Shown here: positions 21,479 to 33,607 of the stretch, in pieces
Layout: each line of letters starts with the position of its first letter
Numbering within the stretch: the stretch's first letter is position 1
Assembly: GCA_963816395.1 (NCBI GenBank)
Contig: CAWFKQ010000005.1
Location: 128,001 to 192,000 of the forward strand
From: an uncultured delta proteobacterium
GTDB lineage: Bacteria; Desulfobacterota; Desulfuromonadia; Desulfuromonadales; JACZKF01
Reading direction: 5' to 3'
DNA length: 64,000 nt
Translations under genes and position numbers: made by a program
The notes under the pieces: model-generated
Seen by the model: only the letters and a program-made list of their open reading frames with translations
The model's database searches: none
What the model was told of the DNA's origin: nothing

Positions 21479-22606
21479 TGGTCATGGACAAGATCGGCCA
21501 GCTGGTCAAGTCGCGTACCGCCCAATTGCAAACGGCGGGCACTGAGCTGGCCGAACGCGGGCTGGCGGATGCGGTCCGTCTCGATTCCGATCCCGAGATG
21601 CTGCGCCTGGTGGGAACCCTGCGCGATTCGTCCGACTGGCCGGAGCGGCATCGATGCCTGGGAGAAGGTGCGGGACATGGGGCCTTCGGTCCGCGGCTGG
21701 CAGAAGGCCTTGCGGGAACTGATCCACCAGGCGGACGGCTGGGGGCGTATCTTTGCCGCCGAGTCCCTGGCCTGTCATGCCTGCTGCGAAAGCGAGGCGG
21801 TGCCGGTTCTGCTGGTGACCCTGGCCTCGACCCTGGAACTGCGCCGCTACGAATGGTCGCGCCTGGCCTGTGGGGCCATTGGCCGCTATGACAACCTGTC
21901 GCGGCCCCTGGTCGATCAGTCGGTGCCGGCCATGCTGGATGCCCTGGATGCCGAGGACGGCAACGTGCAGGGGTATGCGGCCAAAGCCCTGGGCAACTGG
22001 GGATTGCACTCCCGGCCGGCGCTGGTCAAACTGGCCGACCTGCATGACCATGCGGAAGATCCCCTGCGTGCCCACTACCTGGAAGTGATGAAAAAGATCG
22101 ACCCCTCCATCAATACCGCCCAGGATGCCCGGGTGCTGGCCCTGGACGACCAGGATGACATGGTGCGGGCCACCGCGGTAGCTTCCATGGTCCGCAACGG
22201 GCTGGAGGAAGGAACCGATCCCTCCCACCTGCTTTCCCTGTTTCGCGATGAGAGCGCCGAGGTCAGGTGCAATCTCGCCATCGCCCTTGGCGATCTGCAG
22301 ATTCCCGGAAATGACAGCCTGGTCCGCCTGCGCCGGCTGGCGGAGGACAGCGACCCGGCGGTACGCCTGGCGGCCGCCTATGCTTTTGTCCGCCTTTCGG
22401 TGAATACCGGCGAGAACCTGAAGCGGTTGCGACACGGCCTGCGCAGCGAGATCGAGCGCCTGCGCCTGCTGGCGGCCTGGGCGCTCGGGGAGGTTGGCGG
22501 CGCGGCCCGCTGGCGCTGCCGAACCGCCCTGAAAATTGCCCAAAGGAGTGAGCCGTGCGAGGAAGTCCGGCTGGCGCTGGCGCTGGCGCTGCATAAATTA
22601 AGCTAG
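21478..22606 (+). CDS. HEAT-repeat protein, frameshifted near 21650
   Basis: Repeats D..GNVQGYAAKALG, DESAEVRCNLAIALG, DSDPAVRLAAAYA, LAAWALGEVG; start overlaps the J-protein stop. Confidence 0.75.
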
Positions 22607-22656
22607 CCCCTCCTGAAGGAGCACCTCTGACATTCGCGCGGATCACTCCGCGCAGA

Positions 22657-23170
22657 TCACTCCGGCCGCAGGCAGGTGGCGGAAATCGACAGGATACTCC
22701 ACTGGCTGCGCGAATCTCCGTATTTGACCCGTCTGCTCGTCTCCAGGAGGTCCGACATGAATCCCCCCAGATCCTCGGCGATATCGATCAGGTGAACCAG
22801 ATGGCCGTCGCCGTCCTGGACGTAAAAATCCACTTTCAGCCTCTTGCAGGCCGGCCCGTCGGAGATCCGGCCGGAGAGACAAACAAGATCCTGGCTCTGG
22901 CTGACGGCAGCGGAGATCTGGTAATCCTCCGCGGTGATGACCTTTTCCCCCTGGCGGGACTGCCCGGTCCGGGATTTCGCCGCCGACCTGGAGACTTTCT
23001 CCGGCTTGATTCCGTCATGCCGGGAATCGAAGAATTTCGACCGGTTCGCCGCTCCCGGAAGCCCGGTCGGAAAAGTGCGTTTGCCCGTTTCCGTCCACCC
23101 AGCGATAGATTTCCGCCGAGGCGCAGCCGCAGCCCAGACACAGAATACAGAAGATCGACACACCTTTCAT
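22657..23170 (-). CDS. exported DUF4124 domain protein, frameshifted
   Basis: Manual frame from 23170: [36 protein letters not shown]-terminus in ORF 22657-23163. Confidence 0.7.
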
Positions 23171-23248
23171 TCTCCCCTCCCATACACAGTTTATCGAAAA
23201 AGCCGGGCCAGCCCCGGCCTCACCTGTTCATAAGCAGCGGCACGGGCA

Positions 23249-24722
23249 CTACGGCAGTTCGGTGCCCCCCATCAGGAAGCGATCGACCTCCCGCGCGGCG
23301 CCGCGACCTTCATTGATCGCCCAGACGATCAGGCTCTGGCCGCGCCGGGCGTCGCCGGCGGCGAAAAGGCCCGGAACGCTGGTGGCAAAGCGGCCGTAAT
23401 CCGCCTGAATATTGCTGCGAGGGTCCTGTTCGACCCCGGCGCCCGCCAGCACGGCCTCCTCCGGGCCGAGAAATCCCATGGCGAGCAGCACCAGATCGGC
23501 GGGCAGATTCCTTTCGCTCCCCCGTATCTTCTCCGGCCAGGGCCGCCCCGCCTCCTCCCGCCACTCGATATCATGGATCCGGATCTCCCGCAGCTGCCCG
23601 GTCGGGTCGGCGATGAATTCTTCCGCCGTCACCAGGAACTGGCGCGGGTCGCCGCCGAACTTCTCCTTCGCCTCCTCCTGGCCATAGTCAAGCCGATAGA
23701 TCCGCGGCCACTGCGGCCAGGGGTTGTCGGCGCCGCGCTCCTGCGAGGGCCGCGGCATGATCTCCAGCTGGGTGATGCTCCGGCAGCCCTGGCGTAAGGC
23801 GGTGGCGACGCAGTCGGTGCCGGTGTCGCCGCCGCCGATCACCACCACGTCCTTGCCGGCGGCGTCGATCTCCAGCGGGGTGCCGTCGAGCAGCCGCCTT
23901 GTGTTGTGGGTAAGGTAATCCATGGCGAAGTGAACGCCGGCGGCCTGCCGTCCCGGGATCGCCAGATCGCGCGGGCGGGTCGCGCCGCAGCACAGGACCA
24001 CGGCATCGTATTCCTCGAGCAACTGCCCCAGGGGCAGATCGCGCCCCACCTCGATACCGTTAAGGAAGCGCACCCCCTCCGCCGCCAGCAGGTCGATCCG
24101 GCGCTGGACGATCGTCTTGTCGAGCTTCATGCTGGGGATGCCGTACATCAGCAGGCCGCCGGCGCGGTCAGCCCGTTCGAAGACGGTGACCTCGTGCCAG
24201 ACCTTGTTGAGCTGTGCCGCGCAGGCGAGCCCAGCCGGTCCCGAGCCGACTACCGCCACCCGCTTGCCGCTGCGCCCGGCCGGGGGCCGCGGGCACGATC
24301 CAGCCCTCGGCGAAGCCGCGGTCGGCTATCGCCTGTTCGATCGCCTTGATCGTCACCGGCGGTTCGATAAGGCCGAGGACGCAAGCCCCCTCGCAGGGGG
24401 CCGGGCAAACCCGGCCGGTAAACTCGGGGAAATTGTTGGTCATGTGCAGCCGCTCCAGCGCCTGCCGCCAGAGGCCGCGCCAGACCAGGTCGTTCCATTC
24501 CGGGATCAGGTTGTAGACGGGGCAGCCGGAAGCCGCCCCGGCGATGGTCAGGCCGGTATGGCAGAACGGGGTGCCGCATTCCATGCAGCGCGCTCCCTGG
24601 TCCCGCAGCCTTGCCTCCGGGTGGTGCAGGTGGAATTCCTGCCAGTCGGCGAGCCGCTCCAGGGGAGAGCGGTCGGGAGGGAGTTCACGGGGGTATGTCA
24701 GAAAGCCGCCGAGTTTGGTCAT
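23249..24722 (-). CDS. gltD: glutamate synthase small subunit, frameshifted near 24280
   Basis: [75 protein letters not shown]. Confidence 0.95.
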
Positions 24723-24803
24723 CTGCTGGAGCCCTTGTTTTGGCCGCGTCCGATCGGTCAGACGACCGGCCGGTTTTGCCGGTGCGGCGAGGCATCGCCT
24801 TTT

Positions 24804-27800
24804 CTAATTCCCCCCCACCCGCGCCAGGTCCCGGGCGTTGGCTTCGAAGGCGGCTTCGAGCGCCTCGTCGCCGGACAGGCCGGCTTCGCGGGCGCGGGCA
24901 ATGGCGGCGAGCATGCGCTGGTAATCCCGGGGCATGACGCGGACAAAACGCTGCAGGTTGGCTTCCCATCCCGCCAGGATGGCGTCCGCCAGGTTCGAGC
25001 CGGTCAACTTCCGGTGCTTTTCAATCAGCTCGCGCACTTCGGCGCATTCCGCCGGGTCGCTCAGCTGCTCCAGTTCAACCATGGCCGTGTTGCACAGCGC
25101 CGGGAAGTCTCCGGCCGCATTGTAGACGTAGGCTATCCCCCCGGACATGCCAGCGGCAAAATTGCGCCCGGTCGGTCCGAGAATGATCACCCGGCCGCCC
25201 GTCATGTACTCGCAGCCGTGATCTCCCACCGCCTCCACCACGGCCGTCAACCCCGAGTTGCGCACGCAGAATCGCTCTCCCGCCATGCCGCGGATGAAGG
25301 CCTCGCCGGCGGTGGCGCCATAGAAGGCGACATTGCCGACGATGATGTTCTTCTGCGGATCGAAGGAAGAACTGCGCGGCGGCACCACGATGATTTTCCC
25401 GCCGGCCAGCCCCTTGCCGCAGTAATCGTTGGCGTCCCCCTCGATGAGGAAGGTCAGCCCGCGGGGGGTGAAGGCGGCAAAGCTCTGGCCGGCCGAGCCG
25501 TTGAACTTGAGGCGGATGGTATCCTCCGGCAGCCCTTCGGCGCCGTAGCGGCGGGTCACCTCGCTGCCGAGCAGGGTGCCGGTCACCCGGTTGACGTTGC
25601 GCAGGGGCAGGGTGGCATGCACCGGCCGCCCTTCCTCCAGGGCCGGCTCGCAGAGTTTCAGCAGAACGGTGCGGTCGAGGGAGCGGTCCAGCCCGTGCTC
25701 CTGGCGGGAGCGGCAGGTGGCACCGGTTTCAGGGCCGACCGCCGGCCGGTAAAGAATCTTGGAAAAATCGAGGCTGCGCGCCTTCCAATGGTCGATCCCC
25801 GGCCGCATCTCCAGCCGATCGCAGCGCCCGACCATCTCCTCGAAGGTGCGGAAACCGAGCCTGGCCATCCATTCGCGCACCTCCCGGGCGACGAAGCGGA
25901 AGTAGTTGACCACGTGATCGGGATCGCCGCGGAACCGGTGGCGCAGCCGGGGGTCCTGGGTAGCGACGCCGACCGGGCAGGTGTTCAGGTGGCAGGCGCG
26001 CATCATGATGCAGCCGAGGACGACCAGCGGTATGGTGGCGAAGCCGAACTCCTCGGCCCCGAGCAGGGCGGCGAGGACGACGTCCCGGCCGGTTTTGAGC
26101 TGACCGTCGGTTTCTACTGTGATGCGGTCGCGCAGCCCGTTGAGAAGCAGCGTCTGGTGGGTCTCGGCGAGCCCCAGTTCCCACGGCAGCCCCGAATGGT
26201 GGATGCTGGTCAGGGGCGAGGCGCCGGTGCCGCCGTCGTGTCCGGAGATCAGCACCACATCGGCCTTGGCCTTGGCCACGCCGGCGGCGATGGTGCCTAC
26301 CCCGACCTCGGCGACCAGCTTGACGCTGATGCGCGCCTCATGGTTGGCATTCTTCAGGTCATGGATCAACTCCGCCAGGTCCTCGATGGAGTAGATATCG
26401 TGGTGCGGCGGCGGCGAAATGAGGCCGACGCCGGGGGTCGAGTGGCGGACCCGGGCGATGGGCGGGTAGACCTTCTCGCCGGGCAGTTGTCCCCCCTCCC
26501 CCGGTTTGGCTCCCTGAGCCATCTTGATCTGCAGTTCCCGGGCGTTGACCAGGTAAAAGCTGGTGACGCCGAAGCGGCCGGAAGCCACCTGCTTGATGGC
26601 GCTGTTGCGGCTGTCCCCGCTGCGGTCCGAAACATAGCGGGCGGGGTCCTCCCCTCCCTCGCCGGTGTTCGATTTGCCGCCGAGGCGATTCATGGCGATA
26701 GCGAGTGCCTCGTGCGCTTCCCTGCTGATCGAACCGTAGGACATGGCGCCGGACTTGAAACGGCGGACGATCGCCTCTATCGACTCCACCTCTTCCAGCG
26801 GTATCGGCTGTGCCGCGGTTTTGAATTCGAGCAGGCCGCGCAGGCTCCACATCTGCCGCGTCGGGTCGTCGACTCGGGCGGAAAACTCCTTGAACAGCCG
26901 GTAATCCCCTCGGCGGGCGGCCTCCTGCACCAGGTGGATGGTCATCGGCCCGATCTGGTGGAATTCCCCGCCCTGACGCCATTGATGCCGGCCGCCGGAG
27001 GCCAGCCCCTCGGCGGGGTCGCGGCGAGACGCGAAGGCGTGCCGGTGGCGGCGCAGGACTTCCTCGGCGAGGACCTCGATGCCGATCCCTCCCAGCCGCG
27101 ACGAGGTCCGGGTGAAATACCGGTCGACGATCTCCTGGCTCAGCCCCACCGCCTCGAATATCTGGGCGCCGCGGTAGCTCTGGATGGTGGAAATCCCCAT
27201 TTTGGCCATCGTCTTGACCACCCCCTTGGTGAGGGCCTGGAGATAGTTCCGCGCCGCCGCCGGCCGATCGACTCCGGCAAGCAGGCCCCGGGCGATCATG
27301 TCATCGAGGGTTTCCAGGGCCAGGTAAGGGTTGACGGCTCCGGCGCCGTAGCCGATGAGCAGAGCGCACTGGTGGACGTCGCGCGGCTCGGCCGATTCGA
27401 GCACCAGGCCGGCCAGGGTGCGCGTGCCCCGGCGGATCAGGTGGTGGTGCAGGCCGGCGACCGCCAGCAGCGCCGGCAGCGGCGCCTGCTCGGCGCCGAC
27501 TCCCCGGTCGGAGAGAATGAGCAGGGAGGCGCCTTCGGCAAGGGCCGCGTCGGCCCGGCGGCACAGCTCGGCGAAGGCCTCCTCCAGACCGGCGGCGCCG
27601 TCGGCGGCGGCAAAGAGGATCGGCAGGGTGACGGCACGCAGCCCCGGCCGATCGATCCGGCGCAGCTTCTGCAGCGCATCATTATCGATGACCGGGGACT
27701 GGAGTTTGACTTGTCGGCAGGACTCCGGCTCGGGATGGATCAGGTTGCGCTCCGCCCCCAGAGTCGTTCCGGTGGAAGTGATGATCTCTTCACGAATGCT

Positions 27801-29405
27801 GTCGATCGGCGGGTTGGTAACCTGGGCAAAGAGCTGCTTGAAGTAGGCGGAGAGGAGCTGCGGCTGTTCCGAGAGGACGGCCAGGGGCGCGTCGTTGCCC
27901 ATTGAGCCGACCGCCTCGACGCCGTTGGCGGCCATCGGCGCCAGCACCGAGCGCAGATCCTCGAAGGTGTAGCCGAAAGTCTGCTGCCGCTGCAGCAGCG
28001 ATGCCGCCTCGACGGCGGGAGCGTACTGCACGGCCGGCAGCTCTTCCAGCCGCACCAGATGCCGGTCGAGCCATTGCCGGTAGGGATGGGCGCTGACGAT
28101 CTGCGCCTTGATCTCCTCGTCGGGGACGATACGCCCCTGATCCGTGTCGACCAGGAACATTTTGCCAGGCTGCAGCCGCCCCTTGCTGGCGATGCGGTTG
28201 GGGGCAATGGGGAGCACGCCCGCCTCGGAAGCGAGAATGACCAGATCGTCTCTGGTGACGTAGTAGCGGGAGGGTCGCAGGCCGTTGCGATCGAGCACGG
28301 CACCGATGCGTACGCCGTCGGTGAAGGCGATGGCGGCCGGACCGTCCCACGGCTCCATAAGGCAGGCGTGGTATTCGTAGAAAGCCTTCTTTTCGTCGCT
28401 CATCTGCCGGTGCCTGGACCATGGCTCGGGGATCATCATCATCACCGCGTGCGGCAGGGAGCGTCCAGAGAGGTGAAGAAACTCCAGGCAGTTGTCGAAC
28501 ATCGATGAATCGCTGCCGCTTTCGTCGATAACCGGCAGGATCTTCGCCCAGTCATCGCCCAGCACCCGGCTCGCCAGCAGCGACTGGCGGGCATGCATCC
28601 AGTTGATGTTGCCGCGCAGGGTATTGATCTCGCCGTTGTGGGCGATATAGCGGTAGGGATGGGCGCGCTGCCAGTTGGGGAAGGTGTTGGTGGAAAAGCG
28701 CGAGTGCACCAGCGCCAGGGCGGTGCGGATCTCCGGATTGCGCAGGTCGAGGAAGTACTCGGGCAGCTGCCGCGGCGTGAGCATCCCCTTGTAGACGATG
28801 GTCCGGGCGGAGAAGCTGCAGATGTAGAAGGTTTCCTCCTGCAGCGGCCCGATCGCGCGGACCCGGTTCACCAGGTGCCGGCGGCAGACATAGAGACGGC
28901 GCTCGAAATCGAGGTCGTCCTCGACCCCTCGCGGCCGTTTGACGAATACCTGCCGGATCACCGGCTCCAGATAGCGCGCTCCCTCGCCGAGCATGCTGTT
29001 GTCGGTCGGCACCGTGCGCCAGCCGAGAAAGCCGAAACCGTGCTCACCGACGATCTGTTCGGCCAGCCGCTCACAGCGGTGCCGCTCGACCCGCTCCCGC
29101 GGCAGGTAAAGCATGCCCACCGCATACTGCCCCGGCGGCGGCAGGGCAATGGCCTCCTCGGCGCACTCCTCGCGGAAGAATTCGTCCGGAATCTGCATCA
29201 GGATGCCGGCGCCGTCGCCGCTGTCCGGGTCGCAGCCGACAGCGCCCCGATGCTCCACGTTGGCCAGCACTTCCAATGCCTGCCGCACCAGGTAATGGGA
29301 ACGGACGCCCTTGACGTTGACGACGAACCCGACGCCGCAGGAATCATGTTCGTACCAGGGATCGTAGAGCCCCTGGGGGCGCATGGAGGTCATGAAGGAG
29401 GGCAT
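24804..29405 (-). CDS. gltB: glutamate synthase large subunit
   Basis: [58 protein letters not shown]-terminal domain. Confidence 0.98.
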   Translation of the reverse strand: MPSFMTSMRPQGLYDPWYEHDSCGVGFVVNVKGVRSHYLVRQALEVLANVEHRGAVGCDPDSGDGAGILMQIPDEFFREECAEEAIALPPPGQYAVGMLYLPRERVERHRCERLAEQIVGEHGFGFLGWRTVPTDNSMLGEGARYLEPVIRQVFVKRPRGVEDDLDFERRLYVCRRHLVNRVRAIGPLQEETFYICSFSARTIVYKGMLTPRQLPEYFLDLRNPEIRTALALVHSRFSTNTFPNWQRAHPYRYIAHNGEINTLRGNINWMHARQSLLASRVLGDDWAKILPVIDESGSDSSMFDNCLEFLHLSGRSLPHAVMMMIPEPWSRHRQMSDEKKAFYEYHACLMEPWDGPAAIAFTDGVRIGAVLDRNGLRPSRYYVTRDDLVILASEAGVLPIAPNRIASKGRLQPGKMFLVDTDQGRIVPDEEIKAQIVSAHPYRQWLDRHLVRLEELPAVQYAPAVEAASLLQRQQTFGYTFEDLRSVLAPMAANGVEAVGSMGNDAPLAVLSEQPQLLSAYFKQLFAQVTNPPIDSIREEIITSTGTTLGAERNLIHPEPESCRQVKLQSPVIDNDALQKLRRIDRPGLRAVTLPILFAAADGAAGLEEAFAELCRRADAALAEGASLLILSDRGVGAEQAPLPALLAVAGLHHHLIRRGTRTLAGLVLESAEPRDVHQCALLIGYGAGAVNPYLALETLDDMIARGLLAGVDRPAAARNYLQALTKGVVKTMAKMGISTIQSYRGAQIFEAVGLSQEIVDRYFTRTSSRLGGIGIEVLAEEVLRRHRHAFASRRDPAEGLASGGRHQWRQGGEFHQIGPMTIHLVQEAARRGDYRLFKEFSARVDDPTRQMWSLRGLLEFKTAAQPIPLEEVESIEAIVRRFKSGAMSYGSISREAHEALAIAMNRLGGKSNTGEGGEDPARYVSDRSGDSRNSAIKQVASGRFGVTSFYLVNARELQIKMAQGAKPGEGGQLPGEKVYPPIARVRHSTPGVGLISPPPHHDIYSIEDLAELIHDLKNANHEARISVKLVAEVGVGTIAAGVAKAKADVVLISGHDGGTGASPLTSIHHSGLPWELGLAETHQTLLLNGLRDRITVETDGQLKTGRDVVLAALLGAEEFGFATIPLVVLGCIMMRACHLNTCPVGVATQDPRLRHRFRGDPDHVVNYFRFVAREVREWMARLGFRTFEEMVGRCDRLEMRPGIDHWKARSLDFSKILYRPAVGPETGATCRSRQEHGLDRSLDRTVLLKLCEPALEEGRPVHATLPLRNVNRVTGTLLGSEVTRRYGAEGLPEDTIRLKFNGSAGQSFAAFTPRGLTFLIEGDANDYCGKGLAGGKIIVVPPRSSSFDPQKNIIVGNVAFYGATAGEAFIRGMAGERFCVRNSGLTAVVEAVGDHGCEYMTGGRVIILGPTGRNFAAGMSGGIAYVYNAAGDFPALCNTAMVELEQLSDPAECAEVRELIEKHRKLTGSNLADAILAGWEANLQRFVRVMPRDYQRMLAAIARAREAGLSGDEALEAAFEANARDLARVGGN

Positions 29406-29503
29406 GCAGCGGACCTCGTCGGGCGGAAAGCTGAGAGGGCCGGCTGAAGATTAAAAATCGAGGTGAGAATTATAGCATGAAAAATCGTCCACTCCGATAC
29501 ATT

Positions 29504-30820
29504 TTACCTGGTGGAATCGTTCTTCCCCGCCTGCTGCCGAGAGCTACGGGGCGCGGACTTCCTTTCTTCAGGCTCCACCACGATGTTCGGTGGCGACTGG
29601 TCTCCGGTATCGGCATGCAGCGCCTTCCGCAGTTCGCCCCGGGCAACCGCCTTGCGCGTTGCCGACGGCGTCGGCTGCTTCACCTTGCGCTTTGGCTTGA
29701 GATCCGCCCTTCCCTGCTGAGCTTTTCGCTCGGCGAGAACCCCGGCGAGGGTCTCAGGCGGAATGAGGCCATGATTGGCGGCATGCTCCGCCATGGCGAA
29801 GCTGTCGGCGGCGAGCAGCAGGGAGCTGCCGGCTGCCGCCACCTCTTGCGCCAGGTCCTCGATGGCTGCCTGGCGCTGCGGCTCGCGGCTGACGTTGCGG
29901 ATATAGATGGCCAGCACTCGCCCGGGGTTCTCCCGCACCACCTGGGCGTAGATTTCGGGGTCGCGCTGGCCGCTGTCGCCGATCAGGACGAACGGCAGCT
30001 CGGCGTAAAGCGCCAGCATCTGGCGGATCAGAGCGAGTTTATGCCCCCTGGCCCGCCGCGGGAACGGGTGGCGCAGGGTCAGGCCCCATTCCCGCAGGAA
30101 GAGGATCGGGCCGACGGGGATGGCGTGCCGGTGGAAGAACTCATCGAGGACCTCGTAAATGCCCCAGGGACCGCGCGACACGTAGAGCAGCGGGTTGCGG
30201 CGCAGGCCGCCGGAGTCGCGATGCAGCGCTCGGTAGAAGGCGGCCACGCCCGGGAAAGCGACCCGGCTGCGGGCGCCCTGGACGAAGAGGCGCCAGAGCA
30301 TCTTCACCTTGCCGGCGACGCCGGTGAAGATCACCGTATCGTCGATATCGCTGATCACCACGAAGCGGGCGCCTTCCGGCGGCACGAAGAATTCCCCTTC
30401 GGCCCCCGCGCCGGCGGCGGGGGTGACCAGTTCCAGTTCCATCCGGTGCCAGAGACGGTCCGGCGGCGGCGCCTGGGCCGGCTGCAGCCGGATCCGGAAA
30501 TAGCCGTCCTGGTCCGTGAAAACCCGCTGCTGCGCGGCGCCGAAGCGGGCGTCCAGGGAGGCGCCGGCAACCCCCCTCCGCAGAAGCCGCCGCCCCAAAT
30601 CGGCCAGGTCGCGGCCGAGCGGCCCCAGTCGCCGGAGAGAACCGGTCCCCTGGCGCAAGACCCGTCCCATGAGGAAAATTTCCCGCCGCGAACCATAGCC
30701 GCGGTACGGCAGAATGACCAGACCGCCGCGGCCGTGGCCGATCCGCACCGGCCGGGCCAGCAGGCGCAGGAGCCGGCGGCCGGCCCGGCCGATTTCCTTC
30801 AGCTTTGCGGAAATGCGCAT
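29504..30820 (-). CDS. App1 family (DUF2183) phosphatidate phosphatase-like protein
   Basis: PYRGYG, VISDIDDTV, YVSRGPW, FVLIGDSGQRDPEIY, IYIR. Confidence 0.85.
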   Translation of the reverse strand: MRISAKLKEIGRAGRRLLRLLARPVRIGHGRGGLVILPYRGYGSRREIFLMGRVLRQGTGSLRRLGPLGRDLADLGRRLLRRGVAGASLDARFGAAQQRVFTDQDGYFRIRLQPAQAPPPDRLWHRMELELVTPAAGAGAEGEFFVPPEGARFVVISDIDDTVIFTGVAGKVKMLWRLFVQGARSRVAFPGVAAFYRALHRDSGGLRRNPLLYVSRGPWGIYEVLDEFFHRHAIPVGPILFLREWGLTLRHPFPRRARGHKLALIRQMLALYAELPFVLIGDSGQRDPEIYAQVVRENPGRVLAIYIRNVSREPQRQAAIEDLAQEVAAAGSSLLLAADSFAMAEHAANHGLIPPETLAGVLAERKAQQGRADLKPKRKVKQPTPSATRKAVARGELRKALHADTGDQSPPNIVVEPEERKSAPRSSRQQAGKNDSTR

Positions 30821-30898
30821 GGAAGCCCCCGTCTGACAGGGAGAAAGTCTAACAGATTGCCGGAGTTGCGCCCCGTATCCACTTTCGCAAGCAACAAA

Positions 30899-30953
30899 GA
30901 AAAGCGGCCAGTCCGCTCGGCCCTTGTAAAGTAAGGGAGAGCGGCTGGCCGCT
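30899..30953 (-). terminator. probable intrinsic terminator after tarD
   Basis: Nested stem AGCGGCCAG/CTGGCCGCT, CCGCTC/GAGCGG, CCCTT/AAGGG followed by a U-run on the minus strand. Confidence 0.55.
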
Positions 30954-31012
30954 GGTCAAAATAGTAGGGATTGAACTTGGATGCCGGTTCCTATGCAACC
31001 GGTCTCAGTCCG

Positions 31013-32179
31013 TCAACTGCTCAGCGCCTGCATTTCGCGGTATAGATCGGCTTTCCCCTCGAAGCCGATCCCCGGCAGGTCGGGCATGGTGATGTGGCCG
31101 TCCTCGACCTGGACTCCATCCGGGAAGCCGCCATACGGCTGAAACAGGTCGGGATACGACTCATTGCCGCCGAGGCCCAGGCCGGCGGCGATGTTCAGGG
31201 ACATCTGATGCCCGCCGTGCGGGACGCAGCGGCTCGGGGACCAGCCGTACTCGCTCAGCATGTCCAGGGTGCGCAGATATTCGACCAGGCCGTAGCTCAG
31301 GGCGCAGTCGAACTGCAGCCAGTCGCGGTCGGGGCGCATGCCGCCGTAGCGGATCAGGTTGCGGGCATCCTGCATCGAGAAGAGGTTCTCGCCGGTGGCC
31401 ATGCTCCCCTGGTAATGCTTGGCCAGTTCCGCCTGCAGCTGGTAATCGAGCGGGTCCCCGGCTTCCTCATACCAGAAAAGGTCATATTCCGAGAGCGCCC
31501 TGGCGTAGGCGACGGCGGTTTCGAGATCGAAACGGCCATTGGCGTCCACCGCCAGTCTCTGGCCGGGCTGCAAAATACTCAGCACCGCCTCGATGCGGCG
31601 GCGGTCCTCGTCAAGCGGGGCGCCGCCGATCTTCATCTTGACCACCGTGTAGCCGCGGCCGGTGTAGCTCAGCATTTCCTGCTTCAGCGCTTCCAGGTCC
31701 TTACCGGGGTAGTAGTAGCCGCCGGCCGCATAGACGAAGACGCGCCGGCTCGGCCGGCCGTCGCCGTAACGGTCGGCAAGGAGTTGGAAGAGGGGCTTGC
31801 CGGCGATCTTGGCGACGGCATCCCAGACAGCCATGTCGATGGTGCCGACCGCCACCGAACGTTCGCCATGGCCGCCCGGTTTCTCGTTGGTCATCATGCG
31901 CGCCCAGATCTTGTGCGGGTCGAGATTGTCGCCCTGATCGTTGATGAGGGATTGCGGGTCGGCCTCCATGAGGCGCGGACGGAAGCGTTCGCGGATCAGG
32001 CTTCCCTGCCCGTAACGGCCGTTGGAGTTGAAGCCGTAACCCACCACCGGTTTGCCGTCACGGATCACATCGGTGATGACCGCGACCAGGCTCAAGGTCA
32101 TCTTGCTGAAATCGATGTAGGCGTTGCGGATGGGGGATTTGATGGGCTTAGTCTCTTCGCGGATGTCGACGATCTTCAT
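31013..32179 (-). CDS. tarD: D-tartrate dehydratase (mandelate racemase subgroup, enolase superfamily)
   Basis: IRNAYIDFSKMT, GFNSNGRYGQG, NEKPGGHGERSVAVG, KMK motif, WYEE, ATGEN, PHGGHQ, NESYP closely match recalled Bradyrhizobium TarD. Confidence 0.85.
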   Translation of the reverse strand: MKIVDIREETKPIKSPIRNAYIDFSKMTLSLVAVITDVIRDGKPVVGYGFNSNGRYGQGSLIRERFRPRLMEADPQSLINDQGDNLDPHKIWARMMTNEKPGGHGERSVAVGTIDMAVWDAVAKIAGKPLFQLLADRYGDGRPSRRVFVYAAGGYYYPGKDLEALKQEMLSYTGRGYTVVKMKIGGAPLDEDRRRIEAVLSILQPGQRLAVDANGRFDLETAVAYARALSEYDLFWYEEAGDPLDYQLQAELAKHYQGSMATGENLFSMQDARNLIRYGGMRPDRDWLQFDCALSYGLVEYLRTLDMLSEYGWSPSRCVPHGGHQMSLNIAAGLGLGGNESYPDLFQPYGGFPDGVQVEDGHITMPDLPGIGFEGKADLYREMQALSS

Positions 32180-32264
32180 GCGGCGTCCTCTCTCCGGATA
32201 ATGTGAAAACATGAGCGGCGATTTTCGCTCGCCATGCCTTTTATATAAAATACACCATGTATTT

Positions 32265-33186
32265 TCAATAATTTTGATTCGCCCGCTTTGCCGGCCACCA
32301 GCTGTTGCGGCGTTTGACCCGGATGGCCCGGCGTATCTCGTCGATGCGCTCGGCAACTGCCTTCCGACCTGACTCGATCTGTTCGTCGATCCGGGAAAAA
32401 TCGGCCCAGTGACTGTTCCCGATATTCGGCCGCAGGATGATGTTGGCCTTCCTCAATCTCTCCTGGGCCAGGGCATTGCGCGTCACCATATCAGCCCGGA
32501 AGACGATATCCAGCCCGCGCGCCGCCGCATCGAAATGCTCGAACTCATGATCGATATCCACCCCGATCACAAAATCGGCGCCCAGGCCGAAAGCCGGCAG
32601 AACGGGGACGGCATCGATCCAGCCACCGTCCACCAGCAAGCGACCGTCCAGTTCGACCGGCGGCAGAATCCCCGGCAGGGCGCAACTGGCGGCAATGGCC
32701 TGCCGCAAATTCCCCGCGGTGAAGAGAAATTCCCTGCCCGTCCGCAGGTCGGTAGCGGTGGCGCTGAAGGGGATCCTCATCTCCTCGATGGCGATGTCGG
32801 GAATCAGGAAGGCAAAGTTCCTTTTGGCAGTTTCTTCGAGAACAAAGGAATGCCGGGTCATGGAAAGGGAGTAGAAGATCCCTTTGCGGGCGATCTGGGA
32901 AAAGCGGTAGAAGATGCCCCCTCCTTCCATTTCGGCCCGGCCCTTCATAAAATCGAACCGGGATTCCCTGAATTCATCGCTCCTCGGTGTAAAGGAGTAT
33001 CCTTTCCCGCATGGCCCGGGTATCGGGTGCGATGGCATACAGGGCGCCGATAATCGCTCCCATGCTGGTGCCGGCGATGACATCGATCGGAATGCCATGC
33101 TCTGCAAGTGCTTCCAGCACCCCGATGTGAGTGACGGCCCGGGCGGCGCCGCCGCCGAGGGCCAGGCCGATCCTGAATTTTTTCAC
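32265..33186 (-). CDS. patatin-like phospholipase, frameshifted near 32990
   Basis: [14 protein letters not shown] nucleophile elbow, LVDGG. Confidence 0.88.
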
Positions 33187-33333
33187 CGACCGCGCTCCCT
33201 CCTGCGGCAGAACCATGCCTTCGACGAACTGATTTTCAACTAAATCCGCCTACTTCCGGCGCCGGTTGTGGTTTTCCGGAACCGGCATATAGTAGGAAAT
33301 GCAGGTCAGAAGAATCCGAACCGGGAGGCAACC

Positions 33334-33492
33334 ATGGATGTTCTGCGCATCATCGTCGCCATCATTCTCCCGCCATTGGGGGTCTTCCTGCAGGTGGGGA
33401 TCGGCATGCACTTCTGGATCAACATCCTGCTGACCCTTCTGGGGTATGTTCCAGGAATCATCCACGCGATCTGGGTAATCGTCAAGAAGTAA
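33334..33492 (+). CDS. YqaE/Pmp3 family small membrane protein
   Basis: MDVLRIIVAIILPPLGVFL..FWINILLTLLGYVPGIIHAIW; GGAGG RBS. Confidence 0.92.
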   Translation: MDVLRIIVAIILPPLGVFLQVGIGMHFWINILLTLLGYVPGIIHAIWVIVKK

Positions 33493-33607
33493 GATGGAGA
33501 AAGAAGACCGGCCGGTAATTTCGTCAACCGATACCAAGCCCAGACCATGAGAAAGGCCGGTTCGCCCGGCCCTTTTCACGCTTGGCAGATTGTGCAGACC
33601 TGCATCC

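Noticed and set aside
24117..27905. 1262-aa plus-strand ORF
   Set aside because: Antisense shadow of gltB/gltD caused by GC-rich codon bias; no recognisable motifs.
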